64,000 nucleotides of DNA, taken from assembly GCA_964016885.1 (NCBI GenBank), contig OZ024740.1:54622001-54686000 (forward strand), read 5' to 3'. The stretch is from Eledone cirrhosa. Its lineage: Eukaryota. The notes beneath the pieces were generated by a model that searched no databases, was not told the origin of the DNA, and worked only from the letters and a program-made list of their open reading frames with translations. Positions 1 to 11,865 of this stretch are shown piece by piece. Positions within the stretch are counted from its first letter, which is position 1; each line of letters opens with the position of its first letter. The position numbers were made by a program, and so were the translations under genes.

Positions 1-14
1 CTCTCTAAATTGCA

Positions 15-79
<65 letters not shown>

Positions 80-2843
80 TCTCTAAATCGAACCTTGAAT
101 TCGCACTGGAATTATCTCTCTCTCTCTCCCTCCCTCTCTCACTCTCTCTCTCTAACCTTTCCCCCCACTCTTCCCGCAATCTCTCTCGGTCCTCTCTTCT
201 GTTTATCTCCCCTTTCTTTTTTCTATTTCTCTCTCTCTCTCCCTCTCTCTGTCCTTCTCTAACAATTTCCCTAACCTTCCCGCTATCTCTCTCTCCACCC
301 CCCAGACCGAAACGGACTGCATACAGGGAACAGGTGAAATTAAAAGTCACAGAAACTGGTCAAAGATGGAACTAGCGGATTTGATCAAGGGGGTCACCAC
401 CAAGCAAAACGAAGTACCATGGCTTTCTGTGGACTCTGGCGCAGATAGAAAGAAAAAGAAAAGAAATCGAGAAGGCCTATGTCATCATAGCGCCACATAT
501 GGCGATGCTAAGCCGTGTCTTCAAGGAGGAGAAAAACGAAGAGAAAGGAAAAGAAAAAGAAAAAGGAAGAAAGCACAAGCACGGACCTGAAGGAAAATGA
601 GATACCCGCTTCCACAGTCAGGGATGGCAGGCCGGGCAACCAACAAGCAAACGGTAAAGGTCAGAGCAAAAACATGTTTTAGTAATGGCAGAGAAGATTG
701 TGGGACAGTTGACCTGGCTGCATCGTTTTCAGAGCCAAGGTCACCCACACCAGCACTCGAAACCACCACAATTAAGGGACCCAGAGTGGCCGCCGCTGAC
801 AACAGGCCAGGTGTCATACCGACAGCAATCGCTGGCACCCCCAAAGTCACACCAGTGCTGCTGCTGAATGAAACTGGTGAAACTCACTAATAGGAGTAAA
901 ATTTCCCACCTGGGTGACTTAGCCATAAGCACTCAAGCATTATGCATGGCACTAACCGAAACGCACATGTCAAGCAGTATAGCAGATGCAGAAATACATA
1001 TACCAATATATACTATATTTCGTTCGGACAGGAAGGAGAGAACTCATGGTGGGGTTGTTCTGTATATCCGTTAAAATGTCACACCAATTGTACTGTTGAC
1101 ACATTCAAACACAGTCTGTGACACACTGATAGTACATATGAAGCAACTAAAGACAGTAATATGTGTCACATATCGGCCGTCCAATGCCTCCAGTCATGAG
1201 GGTAAATTTGAGGATAGCCTAAGTAGGATAGAAGAGCTCCCTCACAAACTGGACCAGGGTGTCAACATTCTACTGCTGGAAGACTTCAACCTACCAAATG
1301 TTAAGTGGCCTGAGTGCCACCTCCTCCCTGGAATGACATCAATAGAACAGAGACAGACGCAGTCCCTGCTGACCCTCACACGCAGGCTGTACTCCTCCCA
1401 ACAAGAGGCGAGAATGTCCTGGACCTCTGTTTTAGAAACAACGAAGTGCTCATCCACAATGTAAAGGTGACACCAACAATTTTCTCGGATCATAACTTAG
1501 TAGAAATTATGATATGTCGTCCGAGAGAATCAACAGAGACACAACCATCAAGAAACATCGGGACCTTATCCAGCCTTAATTCTACAAGGCTAACTGGAAA
1601 AAGATCAAGAGAGAAAGCCGGAAGCAAATATAGAGCGAAAACACCGCTACACAAGACACCAACACACAATTTCAACATTTCATGACAACGATACACAATA
1701 TATGCCAAAAGTTTGTCCCGGAGAAATAGGCCAACAGACACAAAAATCTTATTCCCAGAGATAGGAAAACCCTTATGAGACGAACAACCAAGCTCGCAAA
1801 CCAGTTGAATACACAACAAGAAAACAAAAAAAAAGAAGGAATCCTATTTGAAACGTGCACTACTTGACACCGAGATTGCACTCAAAATTTCCCATGAAAA
1901 TGAGAGGGCAAAGAAAGAAAGAAGGGACATAGAGAATATTAAAACAAACCCTAAGACCTTCTTTACATTTGCAAGAGAAACTGCCTCGGTACAGTGCAAG
2001 ATTGGGCCACACTTTCATACAGACGGTTCATTAACCGAGAATCCCCAAGAGATATGTGAAATACTGAACGAACAGTACAAAAGTGTGTTCACATGTCCAC
2101 TGAGGCACATGCAAATAACAAAGCCAGAGGAGTTCTTTGATGCCACAACACTACATGAAGAAATGGTGACCATCAGCCACATAGACATAACGGAGGAGGA
2201 TGTGGTATACGCCATAGATGAAATTAGAACAGCCTCAGCTGCTGGACCTGATGGATTCCCAGCAGTCCCTTAAAAACATGTAAGCGGGCTTTAGCAACTC
2301 CACTGAAGACGCTCTTCAGAAGCTCCTTGTCTAGCGGTATACTACCCAGGGAGCTGAAAGAAGGCACAATATGCCCTATCCATAAAGGAGGTAGCAGAGC
2401 GGAGGTCAAAAACCATAGGACAGTCACCCTGACGTCACATATCGGTATGGTCACGGAGCGAATCATCAGAAAGAATCTGATCACTTTCCTCGAGGAAAAT
2501 GACCGCCTGACTAGCACGCAGCATGGCTTTCGCCCAGGAAGAAGCTAGCTTACACAGCTGCTACATCACTACGACTGGGTACTGAAGCAACTGCTAGACA
2601 GCTCACATGTGGACCTGATATATCTTGACTTTGCGAAGGCATTAGTAAAGGTCGACCACGGAATGACATTTCACAAACTACACGGACTCGGAATAACTGG
2701 AAAAGTAGGTGAGTGGCTGCATGACTTCTCAAAAGACAGTCGCAGCAAACGGGACCGTCTCAAAGGAAACATCTGTAAAAAGTGGGGTCCCCCAGCATGG
2801 CCTCGGCTGGTTGGTTGGAACAGGTAAAAGAGTAAAAGAGTAA
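1..2843 (+). mobile_element. CR1-group LINE, copy 1 (degenerate, two internal deletions, 5' end cut by the window edge)
   Basis: Frameshifted APE motifs (ALTETH, HGGVVLYI, YRP, LLEDFNLP, SDHNLV) and RT motifs (GPDG, PIHKGGSR, QHGFRPGRS, YLDFAKA). (CT)-rich 5' region, GAGTAAAA tail repeats, colinear with the copy at 40535-44949. Confidence 0.9.
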
Positions 2844-2907
2844 TATACATATGTATATAAATAAATAAATTATATAATTATCAAAGTTGTGTTCAAATCA
2901 TTCAATA

Positions 2908-2952
2908 GCTGACAATCGTTTCTTCCAAACTCTCGTTTGTGGTCATCGGAGC
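2908..2952 (-). ncRNA. Minimal type I hammerhead ribozyme, family E
   Basis: Minus strand reads GCT-CCGATGA-stem II CAAAC(GAGA)GTTTG-GAAA-CGATTG-TC-AGC. Confidence 0.65.
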
Positions 2953-3055
2953 ATTATCAATGTTTGCACATATAATTAACCTCCTATTCAACTGAACAAT
3001 AATATAGATACATATATATTTATATATATATATTATATGTGTAAACATTGATAAT

Positions 3056-3100
3056 GCTCCGATGACATCAAACGAGAGTTTGGAAGAAACGATTGTCAGC
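3056..3100 (+). ncRNA. Minimal type I hammerhead ribozyme, family E
   Basis: Stem I GCT/AGC, core CCGATGA (U4C variant), stem II CAAAC/GTTTG, GAAA, near-palindromic stem III ACGATTGT, GUC cleavage triplet. Confidence 0.7.
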
Positions 3101-3299
3101 TATTAAATCATTTGAACACAACTTCGATAATTGTATAACTTATTATTTTCCTTCTCTGTAAAACAACTGATGTTCATACATTGAGATATTTCTCTTACTG
3201 GTAATAAGGTAGTAGAACATTACTGACCTTTCTGTAAATAGTTGTTTATACTATATACATAACTACAAATAGTATTATTATTACATATGTATATATATA

Positions 3300-3580
3300 T
3301 ACATTTTTGAATTTGCCACTTGACTAAGAAGGCAGTGAATTTTTCAATGGCTTGGAATCTAGCCCCGCTCGCTTTTTTCCATCCACTGAATTATTTTTAT
3401 ATAAGTTCCCAGTGTCCTCGCATTGCCTGGAAACTTAGCTGAGAATAGACTCCCCGATGACGTAAGGCTTCTCTATAGTTATTACGTAACTATATTTATC
3501 CCCTTACAGAAACTAATTAGTTGGAGTAAAATTTTAGTAAGTAAGTCAATTTTCATAACTTTCTTATTTACGTCTTTCAT
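3300..3580 (+). mobile_element. HHR-bearing repeat (family D), PLE terminal-repeat or retrozyme-like
   Basis: Homologous to 22800-23080, flanked by (TA)n, contains the HHR at 3449-3527. Confidence 0.65.
3449..3527 (+). ncRNA. Type I hammerhead ribozyme, family D
   Basis: Stem I ACTCC/GGAGT, CCGATGA, stem II GTAAGG/CCTTAC, GAAA, palindromic stem III ACTAATTAGT. Stems covary with the copy at 22433. Confidence 0.8.
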
Positions 3581-3603
3581 ATATATATACATATGTATAT
3601 ATC

Positions 3604-3686
<83 letters not shown>

Positions 3687-3753
3687 GTATATATATATAC
3701 ATATGTATAAGTAAATTAGACAATTATCAAAGTTGTGTTCAAATTATTTAATA

Positions 3754-3798
3754 GCTGACAATCGTTTCTTCCAAACTCTCGTTTGTATTCATCGGAGC
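3754..3798 (-). ncRNA. Minimal type I hammerhead ribozyme, family E
   Basis: Third copy of the family E motif with the same CCGATGA...GAAA-CGATTG-TC arrangement. Confidence 0.65.
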
Positions 3799-4121
3799 TT
3801 TATCAACGTTTGTACATGTAATTACCCTCCTTTTCAACTGACCAATAATATAGATACATATATATTGATGTTGTGAACAACAGATTCGTATTTACAGGGT
3901 GGAATGGATGTGACATATATTTTAAGAGAATTGTACAAAATTCAAATTCAAATTAAAAGCACAGAGTGGAATACATGCAACAGATAATACAAGAGAATAG
4001 TCTTATTTATAATAATCTTTATAATGTCGGTTGAAATATGGTATAATATCAGTAATAGTAGGTAAGCATTTTCTCAAACAGAAACATAATAATATATCGG
4101 TAACTGAGGAAAAAGACAAAA

Positions 4122-4311
4122 AATAATTGTTTCTACTTTAAGCACAAGGCCAGCAATTACCAAATGCATTACTGGTACCTTATTTTATCGACCCCGGAAG
4201 GATGAAAGGCAAAGTCAACCTCGGCAGGATTTGAACTCAGATCGTAAAGAGACGTAACTATGCTGGAAATCATGGTGTCCCACCCTCTACCGAAACTGCC
4301 AATCCACCGTC
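4122..4311 (-). mobile_element. tRNA-derived SINE with Meta-like central domain
   Basis: Minus strand has box A-like TGGCAGTTTCGG, box B GAGTTCAAATCC, central GACTTTGCCTTTCATCCTT..GGGGTCGATAAAATAA and tail GCTGGCCTTGTGC..TAGAAACAATTA. Many copies in the window. Confidence 0.8.
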
Positions 4312-4572
4312 TAAAAAAAAATCACAGAAAATAATAATAGCCGTTTAACAATTTACAAATAATATTGCACGACTTAAAATATAAATCACACCGTAGCTGG
4401 AAGATGAATTCGAAAGGTCGCCAACATAAGCAAACCTTTCTCAAGTCTAAAAGAAAGACTATACAAAAAAGGATGCCTTGTGGTTGATGACGTTTAATAG
4501 AATTTGTTTCTAAAAATGGTGTATGACATTGAATATTCTTACTTTTGAAATCATAACGTTTAAAGAAGGAAT

Positions 4573-4573
4573 G

Positions 4574-4650
<77 letters not shown>

Positions 4651-4665
4651 AACCACCACAACTAG

Positions 4666-4728
<63 letters not shown>
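4573..4728. repeat. (ACT)n microsatellite followed by a SINE 3' fragment
   Basis: Directly visible. It explains the poly-Thr/poly-Ser ORFs. Confidence 0.95.
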
Positions 4729-5468
4729 ATCCTGGATCGATAAAATAAAGCACTAGTCAAATACTGGGTCAATAAAATCGAATGCCACTCAAAATGCCGG
4801 CCTTGGGCCAAGATTAAAAATCAATATTTTGATTAAACAATGACATGGCACAGCGATTTCTTTAGAACTCCGTGTGTCTGGTTTCAACTACCTGTTTCCA
4901 GAGAATTACATTCTCTGTTTTAATTTTGGCAAGATTCACTTTCATTGATTCTCCCCTGCTTCGATAATAAAAATTATTAGTCAAGCAGAAGAGGTGATTT
5001 AATCGTTTTGGAAATGCTACATAAAATTCGATTAGCCGTCATTGAGATTGGTGTTCGTGTTATTAAATATATTGGCTATAAAATAAAAAAATAATAATAG
5101 TAATAAATCCCTGTATTTCTGGTTCATCCGGTTCAAAATGTATGACAACATATTCAAAAATTCCTCTTGGTATATTGAATCGAAAACATAAAACAAAACA
5201 GAATTATTAGAATTACATGTTCAACATATATAACGAAAAAGGTCGGTAAGATCTTGAGGCAAAGGTACACAGAAAAAGATGGATAGGGGACTTGACGCTC
5301 ATAGCAGAATATTTTATTGGATTTAAGAAAAATATATCATCTCTTTTTTGCGTTAAAACTGGTATGATTATATTTATAGGGTGGTATGTGGAAAATTGGG
5401 TAAGATTTTGCATTTAAATTTTACCATCCTGTAAAACATTTGAAGTGCAGTATATCAGGATCTTCATG

Positions 5469-5499
<31 letters not shown>

Positions 5500-5500
<1 letters not shown>

Positions 5501-7097
5501 TCCTTTCTGAATTTGTTTAGTAAGATTCTTTATCTAAAACGTGTGTTGTGATCGATATTGTTATACTTTGGGAGGGTCATGTTGCCAATAACAAGCACAC
5601 GCACCAGTTGCTTTCACTTCAATTTATTATAAATTAAATTTATAAATTTATTAATTTATAAATTTCCGATTGGTTGGTTGGTTCCACAACCAGACGATTG
5701 TTCATATATTGTCAAAGTTCTTTCGTCACACATTCTGTGATCTCTTCAGTGACTGGGGATTATTTTCTTTGTTTTTGTACCTCTCCTTTGTTCTGTCCTA
5801 CGCCATCTTGTTTTTGTGTGTGCTGTGTGCTTAGTTTGCGCATGTGTTACATCCGGGTGTCTGTGTGTGTTTATATTTGTTTATTTATTTGTTTATTTAC
5901 ATGTTACTGGTTAGTTGTTCGTTCTATATGTGTGTGTGTTTTCATTTTGTCCTTAATTGTAAGTTGTGATGTTGCTGTTCCATTCATGTTTTCTATTTAA
6001 TTTTGGTTGGAGTTCATTTATGTTTATTGCCTCTGTGATTTGTCTAAACATTGCGTCTTTTCTGTGTGTAGATTCTATTTTTATTTCTATTTACTCTAAT
6101 TTACCCTTATGTTCTATTTTAGCATATTGGTGGAGTACACATGGTTTCTTTACTATCTTGAAGCTCTCGCCAGTGTTCATTTATCCGTTCCCCTATACTG
6201 CGAGCTGTCTCACCTATGTACACTATATTCTTATCTCTACAATGTCCTTCAGTACATCTTTTGCTATATACTACATTTCTAGTTTTACAGTTAATATGGT
6301 GGCTTAATTTACAGATTATACATTTCTTATCTATACAGGGAGGTCTTTGAAAAGGGAATGTATTGCTAATAAGTGTTTTTATGGTGGTACCTGGTCTTTC
6401 TACTATGTTAATATTGAGTTTATGTTTATCTAGGGCCCTTCTAAATGTGTAAGCTAATTCACCTCTAGGGGTTGTATCGATGAACATTACACTCTGGTAT
6501 TTATTGCTATCATACCATGAGTTTATTCTATTAACCTTATTCCTAGTTCTTTCTATTGTAATCAAACATTTGCTCCTATGCAAGGGGCAGGTCACATTTG
6601 TATCATTATTTACCATTTTTCCCCATTTGGTTCTGGCTCCTCTATATACTGATTTTATCTCTCTGATTGTATCCAGAGAACTGCATACGGTGGATGAAGT
6701 GTTGTATGTGTCTCTCTAGTTCTTCGGGGTTGCCCATGCGGGACACGTTTCTCATCACCCGTACCAAATCCTCAATCAGTATGTTGATGTTGGTATGGTC
6801 CGAAACAGGTGAGTTTCGGTGGATCAGATATTTGGAAGTCATGGGTTTGGCATAATAGGAATGGAGGATTTGTTTTTTGTTATCTAATAGAATCCCCAGT
6901 CACTGAAGAGGTCACAGAATGTGTGACTAAAGAACTTTCACAATATATGAACAATCGTTTGGTTGTGGAACCAACCAACCAACCGGAAATTTATAAATTC
7001 CTACATATATAAATTTACTTTATAATAAATTGAAGTGAAAGCAACTGGTGCGTGTGTTTCTTATTGGCAACATGACCCTCCCAAAGTATAACAATAT
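5500..7097 (-). mobile_element. Penelope-like element family A, 5'-truncated, with inverted terminal segment
   Basis: Minus-strand ORF pieces 6642-6842 (RT thumb-like) and 6119-6616 (Cys linker CIDKKCIIC, GIY-YIG NVVY...VYIGETARSIGERINEH). 6891-7097 is an inverted copy of ~5556-5760. Flanked by (TA)n. Confidence 0.9.
5711..5753 (-). ncRNA. Minimal type I hammerhead ribozyme, PLE family A
   Basis: Minus strand GTCA-CTGAAGA-stem II TCACA/TGTGA-GAAA-GAAC-TT-TGAC. The inverted copy at 6899-6941 (+) has GAAA changed to TAAA. Confidence 0.7.
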
Positions 7098-9476
7098 ATA
7101 TATATATCCCAGTTATGCAATATTATATTTTAAATAGAGATATGTGGATTGAACCAACATGTTCCACGTAGAAAAGGTGGGCCCCCAAAAAGCTTTTCTC
7201 CAATATACCTAGGAGGTTCACTGCAATCAAATTTGCCGCTCAGCCTTAATTAATCACGAACTCATCACACTGAGCATCAATGTTGCGGCACTCAGTAAAT
7301 GTCATCGTCCTGACGAGGGCAGCCTGCGAGACCATGGAGCAGACTACAATTTCTACTGGAGGAGGAAGATCAAAGGAGGAGAAACGCCTTCCAACAGTTG
7401 ACTGCAAGCTGGGAGATTCTGTTACCACCAAAAGAACTTACATTCCAGCCGGCCAGAGGGACCGCATCATTATGATTAGTACTTCCCACCTTGAACACAC
7501 CCCCTCTCCTGGTCTTTCCGAAAGTATTGGAGAGTTTAAGTGAATCATTAACGCCATGAATGCATTTGGATGACCTGTGTGGCTATAGACACTCTCTCCT
7601 GAAAAGAAAAGAGTAAAAAAGATCAACCCAAAGGAAAACGATATCTTTCAACACCCTCTCCAGGGTGAATACTGCTAAACACTTCATAACGATGTTGAAT
7701 GAGGATATCACAACGAATGACAGATGGAATGTGTTCTTGAAGAAAAACATCATAATTAGATACTTTTGCACCGATAGCAGAAGCATTCTCCTAGATTGTA
7801 TCCTTTCCTACAATATCATTGTCAAGTTGACTCATATATTTCAACACATTTTTGTTGATATTAATAAATAAAAATATAAAAACATGTTTCATATTACAAA
7901 ATACATGCATGATAATGATATACCTTTCATAACTTTCTGAATACAAATTCAAATCTCAATAATGAAATTAGGTAATGTATAGCCGAATGAAAACAAATTT
8001 CCGAATACATATTTTACGTACGTATCATATCTCCTAAATCTAAATTCAATAACATAATTATGGAAATTCAAACAGCTGCATTAATACTCATTTAAATATA
8101 TTTAATGATGTTTATATTAATATAGCAAGCAATTAGGTATTTCTTCAGAATGCTTTTTACATCTATAATTGTTTGTTAAGTATTTTGACATATTCATTTT
8201 CACTCTGATATAACTAAATATGATATATTAGTAAGAAACAAGCACCTTCAGTCTTAATTATTGTGCTTTAAAATATACAGTGAGCCAGTGCAGACGAAAA
8301 ACAAATCAGTGGAGCATTTAAACAATATCTCGAACGGGATCAAATGGAAGTAGACATGATAAACAGTGTGCGAGATTAGTGTAAGAATAGAAAACTATTT
8401 GTTAGAAGTTGGGTACACACAGTTAATAACTAGTTAATCATTTTGATATCAAAGCTACTGAAATCATTCATCATTCAATATACAGTTATAATGTAGTAGA
8501 TTGCTGAAATTGTATAAACCGTCTCTATCATTATATATAAAATAGTATCAGAAATGTTCATACAAGAAATGCTTTGTGGTCTACAATGGAGATATATGAA
8601 CAATATTTGCTTGATACATGGTAAAGCTTTTAATTCTAAAATAAAAAGAATACAAATTTTAAGAATAAATTTATCAATTTCTTTACCGACCTTGAAAGGA
8701 TGTAAATCGCAATTGACCTCGGAAAGATTTGGACGCAGAGAGAGAAAACCAAATTAAAATCGGAAAGCATTTCATCAGAACCATTAAGAGTAACCAAATT
8801 AAAGAAATGGCATTGTTTGCATATTAGTACACCTGCACTAACATCGACCAGACAGGTACTATTGATGCTGGAGTGAAAGCCTGTTTTGACAAAGTACGAA
8901 TCTCGTTCCTCCTGATTATGAGCATCTTATCAATTAAAATGTGATGATAGTCATGTATGGGCCTGCAACTCGGTGATATACAAAATCCACATTACAGAAT
9001 ATATATATCTTCATCAGCCGCTAGTTCGGAGTAAATCACGTGATATATCGGTCGCAAAAAAAATAACCAGCATATACTTGTGGGCTGAAACTTAATATAC
9101 ACTTGGCGATATGAGATCAAGGGATGAAAATGACATTAGATTGAACCGAAACAGAACATTATCAGATCGTACCCCTCGTGACAATGTGGGTGCAGCTGAA
9201 CTCAATGAAAAAGAACACGCAGGATAGGAATAGTGAAGCAAGATCAGGTGTGGACTGTGATCTATGTAGAGGGAAGGAGAGAGTGAAATGGGTGAGTGAG
9301 TGATTTAACCCGACGCTTCAATTTGTCGCGTCTTCATAATCTTAGTGTTGGTAACACTGCCTTAATGCATGACTAAAATATCATATGTATAGGGATATTC
9401 TAACCTACGCAACATGACTTTCTACCGTGTACCCAGTGCTGCTAGAAACACCAGCTTTAGAATGATACTACTAATA

Positions 9477-9950
9477 ACGGTTTTTTCTTTATGCACAAGG
9501 CCAGCAACTTTGGAGGTTGGGGAATGTAGATTAAAAAGATTCCAGTGCATGACTGGTACTTTACTTCGTAAAGGACCATGACTCTATTTTACGAAGCAAG
9601 GTATCCAACGCTTAGTAATAACGAAACATGTTTTTCTTAATAAATATGCCATATTTTGTAACGCAAAATGTAACATGGACTAATATGGAGTGGAGCAAAA
9701 TCAATTGAGTTGCGTCCGCCATTTTACTTAAATCTGTATTATCGACATTAAAAATTCTGCAATTATTGGTAGAATCGGAAGAGTGTAGAGACACCATACG
9801 TTGCAAAATAGTTTTGCCGCATTACGTTCTGAGTTCAAATCCAGCTGATGTAAACTTTGCCTTTCATCCTTACGGTTTTGATAAAATAAAGCACCAGTAA
9901 TGCACTGGGGGTAATTGCTGGCCTTGTGCCAAAAGTAAAAACAATTATCA
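9477..9950. mobile_element. Two SINE copies in opposite orientation (partial minus copy ~9477-9570, plus copy ~9764-9950)
   Basis: GAGTTCAAATCC box B, TTTGCCTTTCATCCTT core, GCTGGCCTTGTGCC tail. Confidence 0.7.
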
Positions 9951-11254
9951 TAATTATAATAAAGAAATGAGTGCGGGACTGCGTCCAGAATATATTTTTT
10001 TACCCCGCTTGTAAAATAAGTTGGATTACTTTGAATAAATAATGAATGAATATTACATAATTTATGTGGTAAATTTCGTGGCTGTTGATTAAATATATTT
10101 TATAGCTTATTTAAAGATTCACTTCTTTAACATTTTTAAATGTCAACACTTCTGATTAGCAACCGTTATATTATAACACTTATAAAGATATCGCATATAT
10201 TTCCGTCGCTAATGTTCTCCTAAAGCAGTTTATATATAATATCGTCTTTTTTAAATATATCATGGATTACGTTACTGATTACATAACACAGTGTATCACA
10301 GTCATCGTTCAATTTCTGTGTATTTTGTCAATTACGATTTTATTTGATGTATCATATCTACATGTATATATATTTGTGTATAATATCAATATACACAACT
10401 ACTGCTAGTTGTTTGAATAATTTTTCGACTATCAAACAGTTTTCTTTGAACGCTTTCTTGAATATATTTTATTGAGTAGGTGAACTAATCGTTATAGTTC
10501 CTTTAAAAGATAATCAGGAATTGGGAAGATTTTATCAAGATATCTGTACTAGTATTTATTACTATGTGTATATTAGTTCTGGTATTGACCAACAGAAGTT
10601 TCATCACGATACTGTTGCTTTATTGAAATATTTATTGGAATAAAATGTATATATATAAACATTTTAATTTTAGTATCGCGAAGTTTTGAGTAGTTAAATT
10701 TTTTAATTGAATAGGCGTAATTATAGTTCTATCACTGGATGTAATAGGAAGAAAACAGCTGGCATGTTGTCAGGGCACGGATTACATTTATTTCTAAATT
10801 CCTAGCTAATAAATTAATACTAATGGGTTAGATATTACCAATGCTTTTATATAGGTATTGTGGTGAAACAAAATCGGAGAAACCTCACTCCACTTGCTCC
10901 CTCTTAAGTATAATATTTTACAGTACTGTATTTAAGCGTACTAAAACGTTGTAAAATGAAATGTACGCTGACAATTCTTCATAAATCAATTTGAAATATG
11001 AATTTGTTTTCATAACTCAAGCATTTAAACATTATTGTTACGATAAGCATAGTAGTGAAAATTGACATTTATCTTTTTTTAACTGTTACAAAGACGTTTC
11101 TAGTAATTATTTCACTTGTGGGGAAAATACACGCTTTAAAATAATTCTTAGATAAAAGAATTTCTTTTGAAATGCACTTTATTGTTTAACGAAAAAATAA
11201 TATTGAGTTCAGTGGGTGCATATGTCACGTTAATAGAGTTTATTATGTAGTCAA

Positions 11255-11370
11255 TGTTCAAATCCCGCCGAGGTTAGCTTTGCCTTTCATCCTTACAGAG
11301 TCGATTAAATAAAGTACCAGTATTATACTGGGTAATTGCGAGCATTGTGCCAAAAGTAGAAACAATTATG
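11255..11370 (+). mobile_element. SINE, 5'-truncated
   Basis: GTTCAAATCCCGCCGAGG..TTTGCCTTTCATCCTT..GTAGAAACAATTA. Confidence 0.75.
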
Positions 11371-11471
11371 TAATCAATGTTATGGTGCAGCACCTCTATC
11401 TCTTTCTATTTCACCCGTAAATATCGCTCACCACATTCCAAACATACTTCCTTTACACAGACACACACACG

Positions 11472-11577
<106 letters not shown>

Positions 11578-11583
11578 TATATC

Positions 11584-11617
<34 letters not shown>

Positions 11618-11865
11618 TTTCTTTATTAACCACAAGGGTTTACATAAAGAAGACATTAAGGACAGTGCAGGACAATACAGGGCGGTACAAATGGGCATTT
11701 CTGCGTGTAAAAAACAAAAATAGAGGATGTAACAACAAATAACAATGAAAAATTCCCCAATAGGGGGGAGACTTCGGAGGGAGATTTGTGGAGAAAGCCC
11801 AGTAAAAGGCCACAATGACCCTGACCACCAAGGCAAGTGCCCTCTCCCAGTTTTCCACCTTTAAT

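Larger units (their letters stand above)
2870..3300. mobile_element. PLE-type terminal fragment (family E), inverted pair
   Basis: 2880-2980 is the reverse complement of ~3030-3130. A further copy lies at 3722-3865 and a diverged copy at ~16855-17135. It carries an HHR motif and sits in (TA)n. Confidence 0.65.

Noticed and set aside
7200-7870. GC-richer coding-like block with short ORFs
   Set aside because: No recognisable domain and multiple stops. It may be a transposon relic but I cannot assign it.
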